From: an uncultured Pirellulaceae bacterium
GTDB lineage: Bacteria; Planctomycetota; Planctomycetia; Pirellulales; Pirellulaceae
Assembly: GCA_964583205.1 (NCBI GenBank)
Contig: CAZOXC010000001.1
Location: 1 to 32,448, forward strand
Reading direction: 5' to 3'
Length of the DNA stretch: 32,448 nt
Below, piece by piece: positions 8,667 to 18,043 of this stretch. The first letter of the stretch is position 1. Every line of letters starts with the position of its first letter. Position numbers and translations under genes: made by a program. The notes under the pieces are model-generated. The model saw only the letters and a list, made by a program, of their open reading frames with translations, was not told the origin of the DNA and did no database searches.

Positions 8667-9613
8667 TGGCCCGTCAACTGTGCGTGATCCCCGGCGATGG
8701 AATCGGACCGGAAGTGACTTCGGCCACAGTTTCCATTCTCAGATCGATCGACCCGGACTTGAACATCATCGAGGCCGAGGCCGGTTGGGGCACATTCGAA
8801 AAGCTTGGCACTTCTGTACCGCAAGAAACACTGGAGGCGATTCGCGAAACTGGAGCCGCTTTGTTTGGCGCTGTTTCATCGCCCTCGCGAAAAGTCGCAG
8901 GCTATCGCAGTGCGATCCTGACGATGCGACAGGAACTGAACCTGTTCGCCAACATCCGGCCGGTCGACAGCAACTGGTCGCAGGGCTCGCGCGAAGGTGC
9001 CAACTTTATCGTCGTCCGCGAAAATACCGAGGGACTCTATGTTGGTCGCGAAACTGAAACCGACGAAGGCGCGATTGCAGAACGAGTTATCACTCGACAA
9101 GCATCAACTCGAATCGGTCAACAAGCGGCTCGCCTGGCAATCCAACTGGGACTCCCCAACATCACCGTGGTTCACAAAGCCAATGTGCTTCCCAAATCCG
9201 ATGGCCTGTTTCGCGATTGCGTAATCGAGGCTATTCAGCGCGAGTGCGATCAAGCTTCACACTCGATCGAGGTTGATGAATTGTTGGTCGATATCGCCGC
9301 TTTTCATATCGCTTCGGATCCCAGTCGTTTTCGAATGATTGTGACCACCAACATGTTCGGCGATATCCTTTCTGATCTGGGAGCAGTCTGGTGCGGCGGA
9401 ATGGGACGAGCCCCCAGCATCAATCTTGGTGATCAGGTTGCACTGGCCGAACCCGTTCACGGTTCCGCGCCGGACATTGCCGGAAAAGGCCTGGCCGATC
9501 CCACCGCAACCATCTTGAGCGCCGCCCTGCTCTATCGATATCACTGGCGGGAAGAATCACTGGCCAACCAACTGGAAACTCTGGCCAACGACGTAACCAC
9601 AACTGTCGAGTGA
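8666..9613 (+). CDS. hicdh: Homoisocitrate/isocitrate/isopropylmalate-family beta-decarboxylating dehydrogenase (short form)
   Basis: 315 aa with the family signature NMFGDILSDLGA. A TGATG overlap with the hacB stop suggests translational coupling. Confidence 0.8.
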   Translation: MARQLCVIPGDGIGPEVTSATVSILRSIDPDLNIIEAEAGWGTFEKLGTSVPQETLEAIRETGAALFGAVSSPSRKVAGYRSAILTMRQELNLFANIRPVDSNWSQGSREGANFIVVRENTEGLYVGRETETDEGAIAERVITRQASTRIGQQAARLAIQLGLPNITVVHKANVLPKSDGLFRDCVIEAIQRECDQASHSIEVDELLVDIAAFHIASDPSRFRMIVTTNMFGDILSDLGAVWCGGMGRAPSINLGDQVALAEPVHGSAPDIAGKGLADPTATILSAALLYRYHWREESLANQLETLANDVTTTVE

Positions 9614-9739
9614 ATTGTGTTTAACATTCACATGAACAAGCGGTAAAAAAACGCAGTTGTGGAAGCCTCATTACGCTAGAATGGCAATAATGGAAACCAT
9701 GTTGCCGGGCTCGGAGTTCATTCCAGCGGGAGATGTCAC

Positions 9740-11743
9740 TTGAAAACCACCATCTGTGTAGCGCTATTGTTTTTGACCGGGTTGGCATCCGGATTATGCG
9801 CTCAAGACAGTACACAAGACAGTACTCAGCGCCTGGCATTCACTTCCCGTGATCTTGATGGCAATCAGATTGCTGTCGAACCGACTGATCAATCCGAATT
9901 TTTTGTGGTGTGCTTTCTGGGCACCGAGTGTCCGCTGGCCAAGCTTTATGCATCGCGACTTACCGAGCTCTCGCTTGAATTTGCCGAAGTAGAAAACTCG
10001 ACAGTCGAATTTTTTGGAGTCTGCAGCAACCATCAGGATACGCTCCAGGACTTGAAGTCCTACCAGCAAAAACACTCGGTCGGCTTTCCGCTGATCAAGG
10101 ATCAAAACAATCAGATCGCTGACGCCTACGATGCCCAGAGAACTCCGGAAGTATTCGTATTGGATCGCGAATTAAACATCATCTATCGAGGCCGGATTGA
10201 TGATCAATATCAACCGGGAGCAGCCAAGGCGGAACCCAGTCGCTTTGATCTCAAAATCGCGCTGAGCGAATGCACTCAAGGCAAGCCGGTTACGGTCGAT
10301 CGCACCGCAGCAGCCGGCTGTCTAATTGGTCGCGTAAAAAAAGAAGCGGAATCCGGGACAGTGACTTTTGCCAATCAAGTTTCCAGGATTCTCGACAATC
10401 ATTGCAGCGAATGTCATCGCCCCGGTGAAATCGGACCGATGGAATTTCAGAATTACGACGAGGTTGCCGGTTGGGCCGAGATGATTGTGGAGGTCATTGA
10501 TCAGGAACGCATGCCGCCCTGGCACGCCGACCCGGCTCACGGCGAATTTTCCAACGAAAGGCGGATGACTGAATCGGAAAAGCAGATGTTGCGCGACTGG
10601 CTGGCTGCCGGCACGCCGTTGGGTGACGAAGCAGAATTTCCTGACCCCAGAGATTTTACAGAATCGACTGGCTGGCGATTGCCGCGCGAACCTGACGTGG
10701 TTGTCGAGATGCGTGACCGCCCGTTCACCGTTCCTGACGAAGGCACGGTCGACTACCAATATTTTGTTGTGGATCCGGGTTTCAAAGAAGACAAGTGGGT
10801 CGTGGCGGCGGAGATTCTGCCGGGCGAGCGAAGCGTGCTACACCACAGCATCGTGTTTGTCCGCCCTCCCGATGGTGAATCCATGCAGGGAATCGGCTGG
10901 CTGGCGGCGTATGTGCCGGGTCAGAGCGCGCCATCCTACAACCCGAAACTCGGTCGACGGATTCCGGCTGGTTCCAGACTGGTTTTTCAACAGCACTATA
11001 CGCCTAACGGTGAATCAGTCGATGACATGACCAGAATTGGACTCGTTTTTGGTGACGAGCAGGAAATCGAAAACGAAGTTTTCACACTGGTGGCACTTGA
11101 TCAGGAGTTTGTCATTCCACCAGGTGCCGACGACCACCAAGTTGAGGCAAGTTTTAATTTCATTCCAACTCAGGGCCAGTTGATGGGGATCTCGCCGCAC
11201 ATGCATTATCGCGGCAAGTCATTCCAGCTTACGGCCAAAGCCAACGGTCAGCAGGAAGTGTTGCTCAATGTTCCAAAGTATGATTTCAACTGGCAACATA
11301 TCTATCAGTTGAAAAACCCCAAGTCGCTGAACAAAATCGAGTCGATGAGATTTGTCGCTGCTTTTGACAACTCGGACAATAATCCTCACAACCCTGATCC
11401 AACTCAGCAAGTGACCTGGGGCGACCAAACCTGGGAAGAGATGGCGGTGGCGTTTGTGATTGTTTCAGTACCTCGTATCAATAATAATGAAGTGTTGCCC
11501 CTCACACCCGAGCAAATCGCTGCGGAAGAATTGCGAGAGCAAAAACTACTGGCCAAGGCCGAGAGATTTACGGACGAATACTTTGATCGATTCGACAAGA
11601 ACCAGGACGGGAAAATCACCGTAAACGAACTACCTCGCTCGGTTCAAGCATTTGGCTCATGGGAAATTGACGGCAACTACGATGGTACGATCACTCGCGA
11701 AGAAGTGCTCGACGTCGCCAAATGGCGTTTCATGCACCGTTAG
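9740..11743 (+). CDS. Secreted multidomain protein: redoxin/thioredoxin-like + CxxCH (planctomycete cytochrome-c-like) + Cu(II) ascorbate-type monooxygenase-like + 2 EF-hands
   Basis: TTG start and a signal peptide (MKTTICVALLFLTGLASGLCAQ). Domain evidence: an AhpC/TSA-like N-terminal region, HCSECHRPGEIGPMEF...MPPWHADP, a VLHHSIVF...SPHMHYRGKSF block, and DKNQDGKITVNEL plus DGNYDGTITREEV at the C-terminus. Confidence 0.7.
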   Translation: MKTTICVALLFLTGLASGLCAQDSTQDSTQRLAFTSRDLDGNQIAVEPTDQSEFFVVCFLGTECPLAKLYASRLTELSLEFAEVENSTVEFFGVCSNHQDTLQDLKSYQQKHSVGFPLIKDQNNQIADAYDAQRTPEVFVLDRELNIIYRGRIDDQYQPGAAKAEPSRFDLKIALSECTQGKPVTVDRTAAAGCLIGRVKKEAESGTVTFANQVSRILDNHCSECHRPGEIGPMEFQNYDEVAGWAEMIVEVIDQERMPPWHADPAHGEFSNERRMTESEKQMLRDWLAAGTPLGDEAEFPDPRDFTESTGWRLPREPDVVVEMRDRPFTVPDEGTVDYQYFVVDPGFKEDKWVVAAEILPGERSVLHHSIVFVRPPDGESMQGIGWLAAYVPGQSAPSYNPKLGRRIPAGSRLVFQQHYTPNGESVDDMTRIGLVFGDEQEIENEVFTLVALDQEFVIPPGADDHQVEASFNFIPTQGQLMGISPHMHYRGKSFQLTAKANGQQEVLLNVPKYDFNWQHIYQLKNPKSLNKIESMRFVAAFDNSDNNPHNPDPTQQVTWGDQTWEEMAVAFVIVSVPRINNNEVLPLTPEQIAAEELREQKLLAKAERFTDEYFDRFDKNQDGKITVNELPRSVQAFGSWEIDGNYDGTITREEVLDVAKWRFMHR

Positions 11744-11788
11744 ACTAACGGGTTGCACGACTGAACAGAATTTTAGAGGCGACAAACT

Positions 11789-14116
11789 TTGGCTGACAGG
11801 TTTAGTCGAGCAACGAGTTGGATTGTCAATCAGCGCTGGCTATCGGCGCTGGCGATCATCACCATCAGCGCGATTGCTGTTGGCGGTTATGTCGCCCCCG
11901 ACGCCCTGGTTCAATACTTCAAATCACTCGTCGAATTCAATAACGAGGAAGAGCTTGATACTGAGGACTTTGTTCAGGACTTATTCCAGGAAGAAGACTT
12001 TAAAGATCCACCTGCTGTAGAGACACTAACCACATCTGGCTACGACGCCATTCTGGTCGCCGAATGCGAGAATTTATTCACTCCGCAGGGCGCTACGGCA
12101 ATGCGAGAAGTGATCCAGGATCTGGAAGCACTCGACTATGTACGGGACATATTGTGGGTCGATGAAATTCCTCCTTTAAATTTGTTTGGTTTGAACGAGT
12201 CTCTATTACCCAAGGGAAATTCTGCGCCGGCTCGATTTGAAATTGCACAAAGAAAAGCCCGCGACCACCCGCTGGTGAACGGTCGCTTGTTGTCGGAAGA
12301 TGGAAAAACGCTGCTGATTCTGATCGATGTCGACTACCTGTTCATTTTTGATGATACGCCATTTACAGAAGAGATCCGCAAGACCGCTGAACAAACTGCA
12401 GAGCGGCATCCTGAAGTGCAAGTCGACTTCTGGTTAACCGGTGGGCCTTCGGTTTATCTAAAGGCGATGCAAGCTCATCATGAAAATCAATTCAAATACC
12501 AGGCAATCGCCTATGGCATGATCCTGTTGCTCAGCATGATTCTGTTTCGTGGTGCAATTTCAGTCCTGGTTGTGGCGCTGGCTCCCGCATTCGGAATTTT
12601 TTGGACATCGGGAATCATTCGCTACTTTGAATTTCAACTCAATCCATTCAGCGATGTGGTACTGCCCGTTCTGGTGGCACTGATTGGATTCACCGATGGC
12701 GTTCATTTGATGGTGCAAATTCGGCACGAGCGAGCCAGCGGCTTGCTGCCATTCCAAGCGGCGAAGGAAGGCCTGCGCAAGGTTGGCCTGGCCTGCTTCC
12801 TGACTTCATTGACGACTGCTGTTGGGTTCGGCTCGCTTTCACTTGCCAATCACGAACTGGTTCGCGAGTTTGGATTTTGCTGCGTGATCGGCGTGGGCCT
12901 GTCGTTTGTCGCAGTCATCCTGACGATACCGCTGGCTTGCTCGACCTGGCTTGGACAACGAGTTCACAAAGGGCATGGGGCTGGATTCGTTGACAAACAT
13001 ATTAGCCGGATCAGTCTGATCATTGAATTCGTTTTGAAGCACAACAAATGGGTCAGCATCGTTGGCATTCTGGTTTCGATCGCCTTTTTCCTTACCTCAC
13101 TGACCCTGGAACCGGATGAACGGAGCAGCGACATTCTGCCTACCTCGAGCGAACCGGCGATTGCTCTAAAAAAAGTCGATAAGGCGATGGCTGGATTGCA
13201 AGAAGTTACCATCGACATCGTTTGGAATCGGGATGTCAAGGATCGCAAAGGTGGCGCTGAATTGATCACAGTGCTTGGCAAAATTGATGATGCCTTGAAC
13301 AAGGAACAATTGGTCGGTCATCCGATCTCATTGTTCAACCTGCTGGACGCACTTCCGGGTGACGCCAAGGCGGAGAACAAAGTCTCCATGCTGGAACTGT
13401 TACCGCCTTCGCTCAAGCGTACTTACTACCTTCCCGAATATCGTCGCGCTTCAGTGAAATTCCGAGTTCAGGATTTGGGCATTGCCAAGTACGGTCCGGT
13501 GTTTTACCGGATCGAAGATGACCTTGAAGAGATTTTCCAAGAGCACCCCAACTTTCACGGCTCGATGGAAGGCGAGATTATCTGGAAGTGGCGGAACATC
13601 TATCAAATCGTTGTCGATCTGGCGACCAGCCTGGGAATGGCCGCGATCATTATCTTTGTGATTCTGGCGGTGGTCTATCGATCGCTGCGTATCGGAATCA
13701 TTTCGATCCTGCCCAACATGTTTCCGCTTTGTGTTGCGGGAACTTTTCTGGCGCTCACAGGTCAGAACCTGGAAATTGTAACGGTTTGTGCTTTTACCTG
13801 TTGTCTGGGAATCGCTGTTGACGACACAATCCACTTTTTGACTCGCTATGCAGAAGAGCTGCGAGATACATCGGACGAGTCTTTAGCAATCCGCAGAGCT
13901 TTTACGACGGTCGGCACAGCGCTGGTCATGACAACGCTGGTTCTGGTTTCGGGATTCCTGACCGTGTTTATGAGCGATGCCCGCGAACACCGCATTTTTG
14001 CCTCGATGGGAGCGATCACTGTTGCCTCTGCCTTGTTTGGCGACCTGGTGTTCCTACCGGCAATTCTCGCCAGATTTAAGGGGAGATCCGCAAATCAAAA
14101 AAAGATCAAAGCATAA
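11789..14116 (+). CDS. RND-superfamily MMPL/HpnN-like transporter
   Basis: 775 aa with a TTG start. Two hydrophobic multi-TM blocks are each preceded by a large soluble loop. Blocks such as GFTDGVHLM and GIAVDDTIHFLTRY are typical of MMPL/SSD transporters. Confidence 0.75.
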   Translation: MADRFSRATSWIVNQRWLSALAIITISAIAVGGYVAPDALVQYFKSLVEFNNEEELDTEDFVQDLFQEEDFKDPPAVETLTTSGYDAILVAECENLFTPQGATAMREVIQDLEALDYVRDILWVDEIPPLNLFGLNESLLPKGNSAPARFEIAQRKARDHPLVNGRLLSEDGKTLLILIDVDYLFIFDDTPFTEEIRKTAEQTAERHPEVQVDFWLTGGPSVYLKAMQAHHENQFKYQAIAYGMILLLSMILFRGAISVLVVALAPAFGIFWTSGIIRYFEFQLNPFSDVVLPVLVALIGFTDGVHLMVQIRHERASGLLPFQAAKEGLRKVGLACFLTSLTTAVGFGSLSLANHELVREFGFCCVIGVGLSFVAVILTIPLACSTWLGQRVHKGHGAGFVDKHISRISLIIEFVLKHNKWVSIVGILVSIAFFLTSLTLEPDERSSDILPTSSEPAIALKKVDKAMAGLQEVTIDIVWNRDVKDRKGGAELITVLGKIDDALNKEQLVGHPISLFNLLDALPGDAKAENKVSMLELLPPSLKRTYYLPEYRRASVKFRVQDLGIAKYGPVFYRIEDDLEEIFQEHPNFHGSMEGEIIWKWRNIYQIVVDLATSLGMAAIIIFVILAVVYRSLRIGIISILPNMFPLCVAGTFLALTGQNLEIVTVCAFTCCLGIAVDDTIHFLTRYAEELRDTSDESLAIRRAFTTVGTALVMTTLVLVSGFLTVFMSDAREHRIFASMGAITVASALFGDLVFLPAILARFKGRSANQKKIKA

Positions 14117-14246
14117 CTCAATCTGCTTTTTGATCCGGTGAACCGAGAGTTGCCATTGAAACGAGGCAAGTGATTGGGCTTGAATTCACTCAAATTCGTC
14201 TAAAATGAATGTTGTATTCGTCAAGCCAAACTCAATAGGTGATGCC

Positions 14247-14831
14247 ATGGCACTCGTGCACGTTCCAGAAGAAAACCGCTCGATCAATGATCCAACCGAA
14301 ATCAATGAATTCCTGAACCCTTTTGGCATTCAGTTTGAGAATTGGGATGTTGCCGGACGAGTCACTCCAGATTCGACCGACGAAGAAATTCTGGCCGCCT
14401 ACAACGACGAGATCGAACGACTTAAGGAAGCTGGTGGTTTTGTCACGGCCGATATCATCAACGTCAATTCGGAAACACCGGGGCTGGATCAAATGCTGGC
14501 CAAGTTCGACAAGGAACACATGCACACCGAAGACGAAGTTCGCTTCACGGTCGAAGGCAGCGGCGTATTTCACATCCACCCGGAAAACGGCCCCGTGTTC
14601 AGTATCACCGTCAGCAGCGGCGATTTGATCAATGTGCCCAAGGGAACCAAGCATTGGTTTAACTTGTGCAGCACCAAGACCATCCGTTGCATTCGCCTGT
14701 TCGAAGATATGGCGGGCTGGACTCCTCACTATGTCGAAGAGGGTGTTCACGAGGGATACGATCCGGTTTGCATGGGCCCGCAATACTTGCAAGGCAACGA
14801 TGGCAAGATAGATTCGGTCATCGATATATAA
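14247..14831 (+). CDS. mtnD: Acireductone dioxygenase (ARD, cupin)
   Basis: Metal-ligand block EHMHTEDEVRFTVEGSGVFHIH plus the cupin C-terminal GTKHWF. The start is set at ATG 14247 (MALVHVPEE); the ORF track begins at 14205. Confidence 0.8.
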   Translation: MALVHVPEENRSINDPTEINEFLNPFGIQFENWDVAGRVTPDSTDEEILAAYNDEIERLKEAGGFVTADIINVNSETPGLDQMLAKFDKEHMHTEDEVRFTVEGSGVFHIHPENGPVFSITVSSGDLINVPKGTKHWFNLCSTKTIRCIRLFEDMAGWTPHYVEEGVHEGYDPVCMGPQYLQGNDGKIDSVIDI

Positions 14832-14971
14832 AGCGCCGTTTTGAATCCTTGTTTGTAGTACAGGCTCAGCCGGAAGTCACACCAATTTCGCCTCAAGGCG
14901 TTACTACGAACGATTATCCTCAACCTTACTCCTATCAAGGCGGCAGAATGCCGGTCTCAGGATTTTGAATA

Positions 14972-15700
14972 GTGATTGCGTTTAACGGCCAAGCCATCTT
15001 GTTGGATATCGAAGGCACCACCTCCAGTATCAGTTACGTCAAAGACGTGATGTTTCCCTTCGTGGGACAAAACGTTGCCTCGTTCCTGAATACCAACTGG
15101 GCAAGCGATCCCGTTCAAAATTCGATCGATCAAATGGCGCTAGACGCCGGATTGAGCCGAGTTGATTGGCTGGGTGACTTGCCAGACGAGCCGAATTCGA
15201 TCGTGACCAAAGTCAATGCACTAATGGATGGCGATTCGAAGACAACGGGCTTGAAAAGCCTGCAAGGTCAGATTTGGAAAGCTGGTTTTGAATCAGGGCA
15301 GTTGCAAGGTCACTTGTATCAGGACACGGCGCCCGCCATCAAAAGCTGGAACGAGTCAGGAATCAAGGTATTCATCTATTCGTCCGGTAGCATCGCCGCT
15401 CAAAAACTGTACTTCGGTTTCAGCGAAGCCGGTGACTTGCTGGATCAGTTCGCGGGCCACTTCGATACGACGATTGGAAACAAAAAAGAATCACCGAGCT
15501 ACCAGAATATCTTGAACGAAATTGGCTTGGCCGGAGATCAGGTCCTGTTTGTCAGTGATGTCGTTGCGGAACTTGAAGCAGCTAAAGAATCCGGTCTGCA
15601 AACAGCCCATTCGATCCGTCCAGGAAACGTCGAAGAAGATTCGCTTGGCCATCCGAGCATCAATAGCTTCTCCGAAATTCAGGCTACCCAACTTCAATAA
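14972..15700 (+). CDS. mtnC: Enolase-phosphatase E1 (HAD superfamily)
   Basis: GTG start. HAD motif I appears in AILLDIEGTTSSISYVKDVMFPF, followed by the YSSGS and FVSDV motifs. Confidence 0.8.
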   Translation: MIAFNGQAILLDIEGTTSSISYVKDVMFPFVGQNVASFLNTNWASDPVQNSIDQMALDAGLSRVDWLGDLPDEPNSIVTKVNALMDGDSKTTGLKSLQGQIWKAGFESGQLQGHLYQDTAPAIKSWNESGIKVFIYSSGSIAAQKLYFGFSEAGDLLDQFAGHFDTTIGNKKESPSYQNILNEIGLAGDQVLFVSDVVAELEAAKESGLQTAHSIRPGNVEEDSLGHPSINSFSEIQATQLQ

Positions 15701-16548
15701 TGTCGAGCGAAATTGAACTCGACTGGGTTACCGCAGACGGCTTGAAGATCTCGGCCGGATTGTTTCAAGCTGATTCTCCCCAGGCGTTTGTGTTGCTGGC
15801 CCATGGCTGGGGAGATCATCGAGGTCGCTATAATAAGGTGATCGAATATCTTGTCTCCAGTGGATACTCGGTGTTGGCTCACGACCTGCGTGGACACGGT
15901 CGATCTGAAGGTCAACAAGGATATGCTCCGGGCATCGATACGCTGTCTGACGATCTGTTGTTGGCATTCCAGCAGGCGACTCGGCTAGCCGGCGAGTTGC
16001 CGATCTTTCTGTACGCCAACAGTTTTGGAGGTTTGCTCGCGCTGCACAGTTTGCTCACACAACCACTCGAAAAACTGGCGAACAAGGTCCAGGGTGCGAT
16101 AGTTACCAGTCCCTTGTTGCGACTTTCAATGCAAGTTCCCGCCTGGAAAGTTCTGGTGGGAAAGACGATCGGCAAACTGCTGCCTCGCTTTACGCTGAAG
16201 GCTGGCATCGACATTAGCAAGCTGAGTCGCGATGAACGCGTGGCCGAAACGCTACTGGCCGATCCTTACCGCCATGGAAAAATCTGCGCTGGTATGTTTT
16301 TCGATATTTTGCGAGCCGGCAAGCAAGTCCTGAACTCCAAAACGCCCCTGCCCTGCCCTGTTTTATTGATGCACGGAATGGCCGATACAATCACCGACTG
16401 TTCGGCCAGCAATCTGCTCGCGGAGAGACAAGTAAACTCGATCAAGTTGATCATGTGGCCCGGCCTGTTTCATGAATTGCACAACGAGACCGGTAACTTG
16501 ATTGTTTTTGAAGCGGCAAAAGAGTGGCTGGAAAGCCAAATTGAATGA
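15700..16548 (+). CDS. Alpha/beta hydrolase (lysophospholipase / monoglyceride-lipase-like)
   Basis: LLAHGWGDHRGRY (oxyanion HG), nucleophile elbow ANSFGG, HGMADTI (Asp) and FHELHNE (His). A TAATG overlap links it to the mtnC stop. Confidence 0.75.
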   Translation: MSSEIELDWVTADGLKISAGLFQADSPQAFVLLAHGWGDHRGRYNKVIEYLVSSGYSVLAHDLRGHGRSEGQQGYAPGIDTLSDDLLLAFQQATRLAGELPIFLYANSFGGLLALHSLLTQPLEKLANKVQGAIVTSPLLRLSMQVPAWKVLVGKTIGKLLPRFTLKAGIDISKLSRDERVAETLLADPYRHGKICAGMFFDILRAGKQVLNSKTPLPCPVLLMHGMADTITDCSASNLLAERQVNSIKLIMWPGLFHELHNETGNLIVFEAAKEWLESQIE

Positions 16549-16675
16549 TTCGTTTTCGCTTACAATTCGTTTAAGATAAGTCCCAATGCATTTAACTCGG
16601 ACCTGCTTTCCACAACCAGAATCGCTGAATCCAACTACCGCCTGAACGCGGGAACACCAAATACTGGAGCATTTC

Positions 16676-18004
16676 ATGAGCACGCCCAAAATATTTGATT
16701 TCGGCCGTCGAACTTTTTTACAAGGCACCACAGCGCTGGCGGCCGTATCTTTGTTTCCTCACAAGCTTCGAACATCGGCCAATGAAAAGCTCCGCACCGT
16801 TCACATTGGCGTCGGTGGAATGGGAAACTCAGATTTGGGATCGATCGCGTCTCATTCCGGAGTCGAAATCGCTGGACTGTGTGACGTTGACAAGAATGCA
16901 CTTGGAAAGGCTCACGAGCAATTTGGAAACGCCCGGACGTTCGTCGACTTTCGGGAAATGTTGTCCGAACTGGGCGACTCGATTGACGCCGTCGTCGTAT
17001 CGACTCCCGATCACACTCATGCACCGGCTGCAATGATGGCAATGGGCATGGACAAACATGTGTATTGCCAGAAGCCGCTGACTCACGAAGTCTATGAAGC
17101 TCGCCAGTTGCGATTGATGGCCGAGGAAAAAGAACTGGTGACGCAGATGGGAATCCAGGTACACTCGTCTGCGGTTTACCGTCGTGCTGTTTTGATGATT
17201 CAACAAGGCGTTGTTGGCAAAGTCAGCCAGGTTCACGCCTGGTCCAACAAAAACTGGGGCTACGACGGCGGAGCTTTTACCACTACTGCCGAAGCTCCTG
17301 CACACTTGAATTGGGATCTTTGGTTGGGTACCGCAAAGGCTCGTGACTTTTCGCCGCGTGTTTACCACCCCGGTCAGTGGCGCAAGTTGATTGATTTTGG
17401 CACCGGAACGCTCGGTGACATGGGCGTTCATATTTTTGATTCGCCTTACGCTGCCTTGAAATTGACAGCGCCGAACTGGGTCAGTACGAGTTGCCGAGAA
17501 CCAACCAGCGTCGGGCACCCTGAACAAAACAAAGTGGAATACGAGTTTCCTGGCACTGACTACACAACCGAGAAACTGATGTGGACCTGGTACGACGGAA
17601 AGATGGCTCCGCCAAAGTCAACCGATGTGGGACTTGGTGAAGATGTTAAGCTACCGGGCCAAGGTTCACTGTTCGTCGGCGAAAAGGGAACGATGTTGCT
17701 GCCGCACGTTGGTGAAGCAGTTCTGTATCCAAGTGCTGATTTCGAAGGCTTTGATCGACCCCAAGTTGATGAGCGCAATCACTACCACGAGTGGGTCGAC
17801 GCCTGCATGGGCGAGGGTGAAACCAGCGCCAGTTTCGACTATGGCGGACCGCTGACCGAAGCACTGCTACTGGGCGTAGTCGCCAATCGATTCCCGGGTG
17901 AAAAGTTGACTTGGGATGCCGGGAAAATGGAAACCAACAACTCGAACGCCAATGAATTGTTGCGGCGCAGGTACCGAAAAGGTTTCGAGGTCCAGAATCT
18001 TTAG
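16676..18004 (+). CDS. Gfo/Idh/MocA-family oxidoreductase with twin-arginine signal
   Basis: GRRTFLQGTTALAAVSL Tat motif and Rossmann HIGVGGMGNSD. A GGAG SD lies upstream of the ATG. Confidence 0.8.
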   Translation: MSTPKIFDFGRRTFLQGTTALAAVSLFPHKLRTSANEKLRTVHIGVGGMGNSDLGSIASHSGVEIAGLCDVDKNALGKAHEQFGNARTFVDFREMLSELGDSIDAVVVSTPDHTHAPAAMMAMGMDKHVYCQKPLTHEVYEARQLRLMAEEKELVTQMGIQVHSSAVYRRAVLMIQQGVVGKVSQVHAWSNKNWGYDGGAFTTTAEAPAHLNWDLWLGTAKARDFSPRVYHPGQWRKLIDFGTGTLGDMGVHIFDSPYAALKLTAPNWVSTSCREPTSVGHPEQNKVEYEFPGTDYTTEKLMWTWYDGKMAPPKSTDVGLGEDVKLPGQGSLFVGEKGTMLLPHVGEAVLYPSADFEGFDRPQVDERNHYHEWVDACMGEGETSASFDYGGPLTEALLLGVVANRFPGEKLTWDAGKMETNNSNANELLRRRYRKGFEVQNL

Positions 18005-18043
18005 GAGCCGAAACCACAGGGCGGAACCGGCCTGGCAACTTTG

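Noticed and set aside
9779-9830. Short in-frame direct repeats: QDSTQDST in the 9740 protein (about 9801..9826) and [10 protein letters not shown] at the hacA N-terminus (about 6790..6819).
   Set aside because: These are two-unit codon-level duplications in signal-peptide-proximal or N-terminal linker regions. They are most likely replication slippage of no special function.
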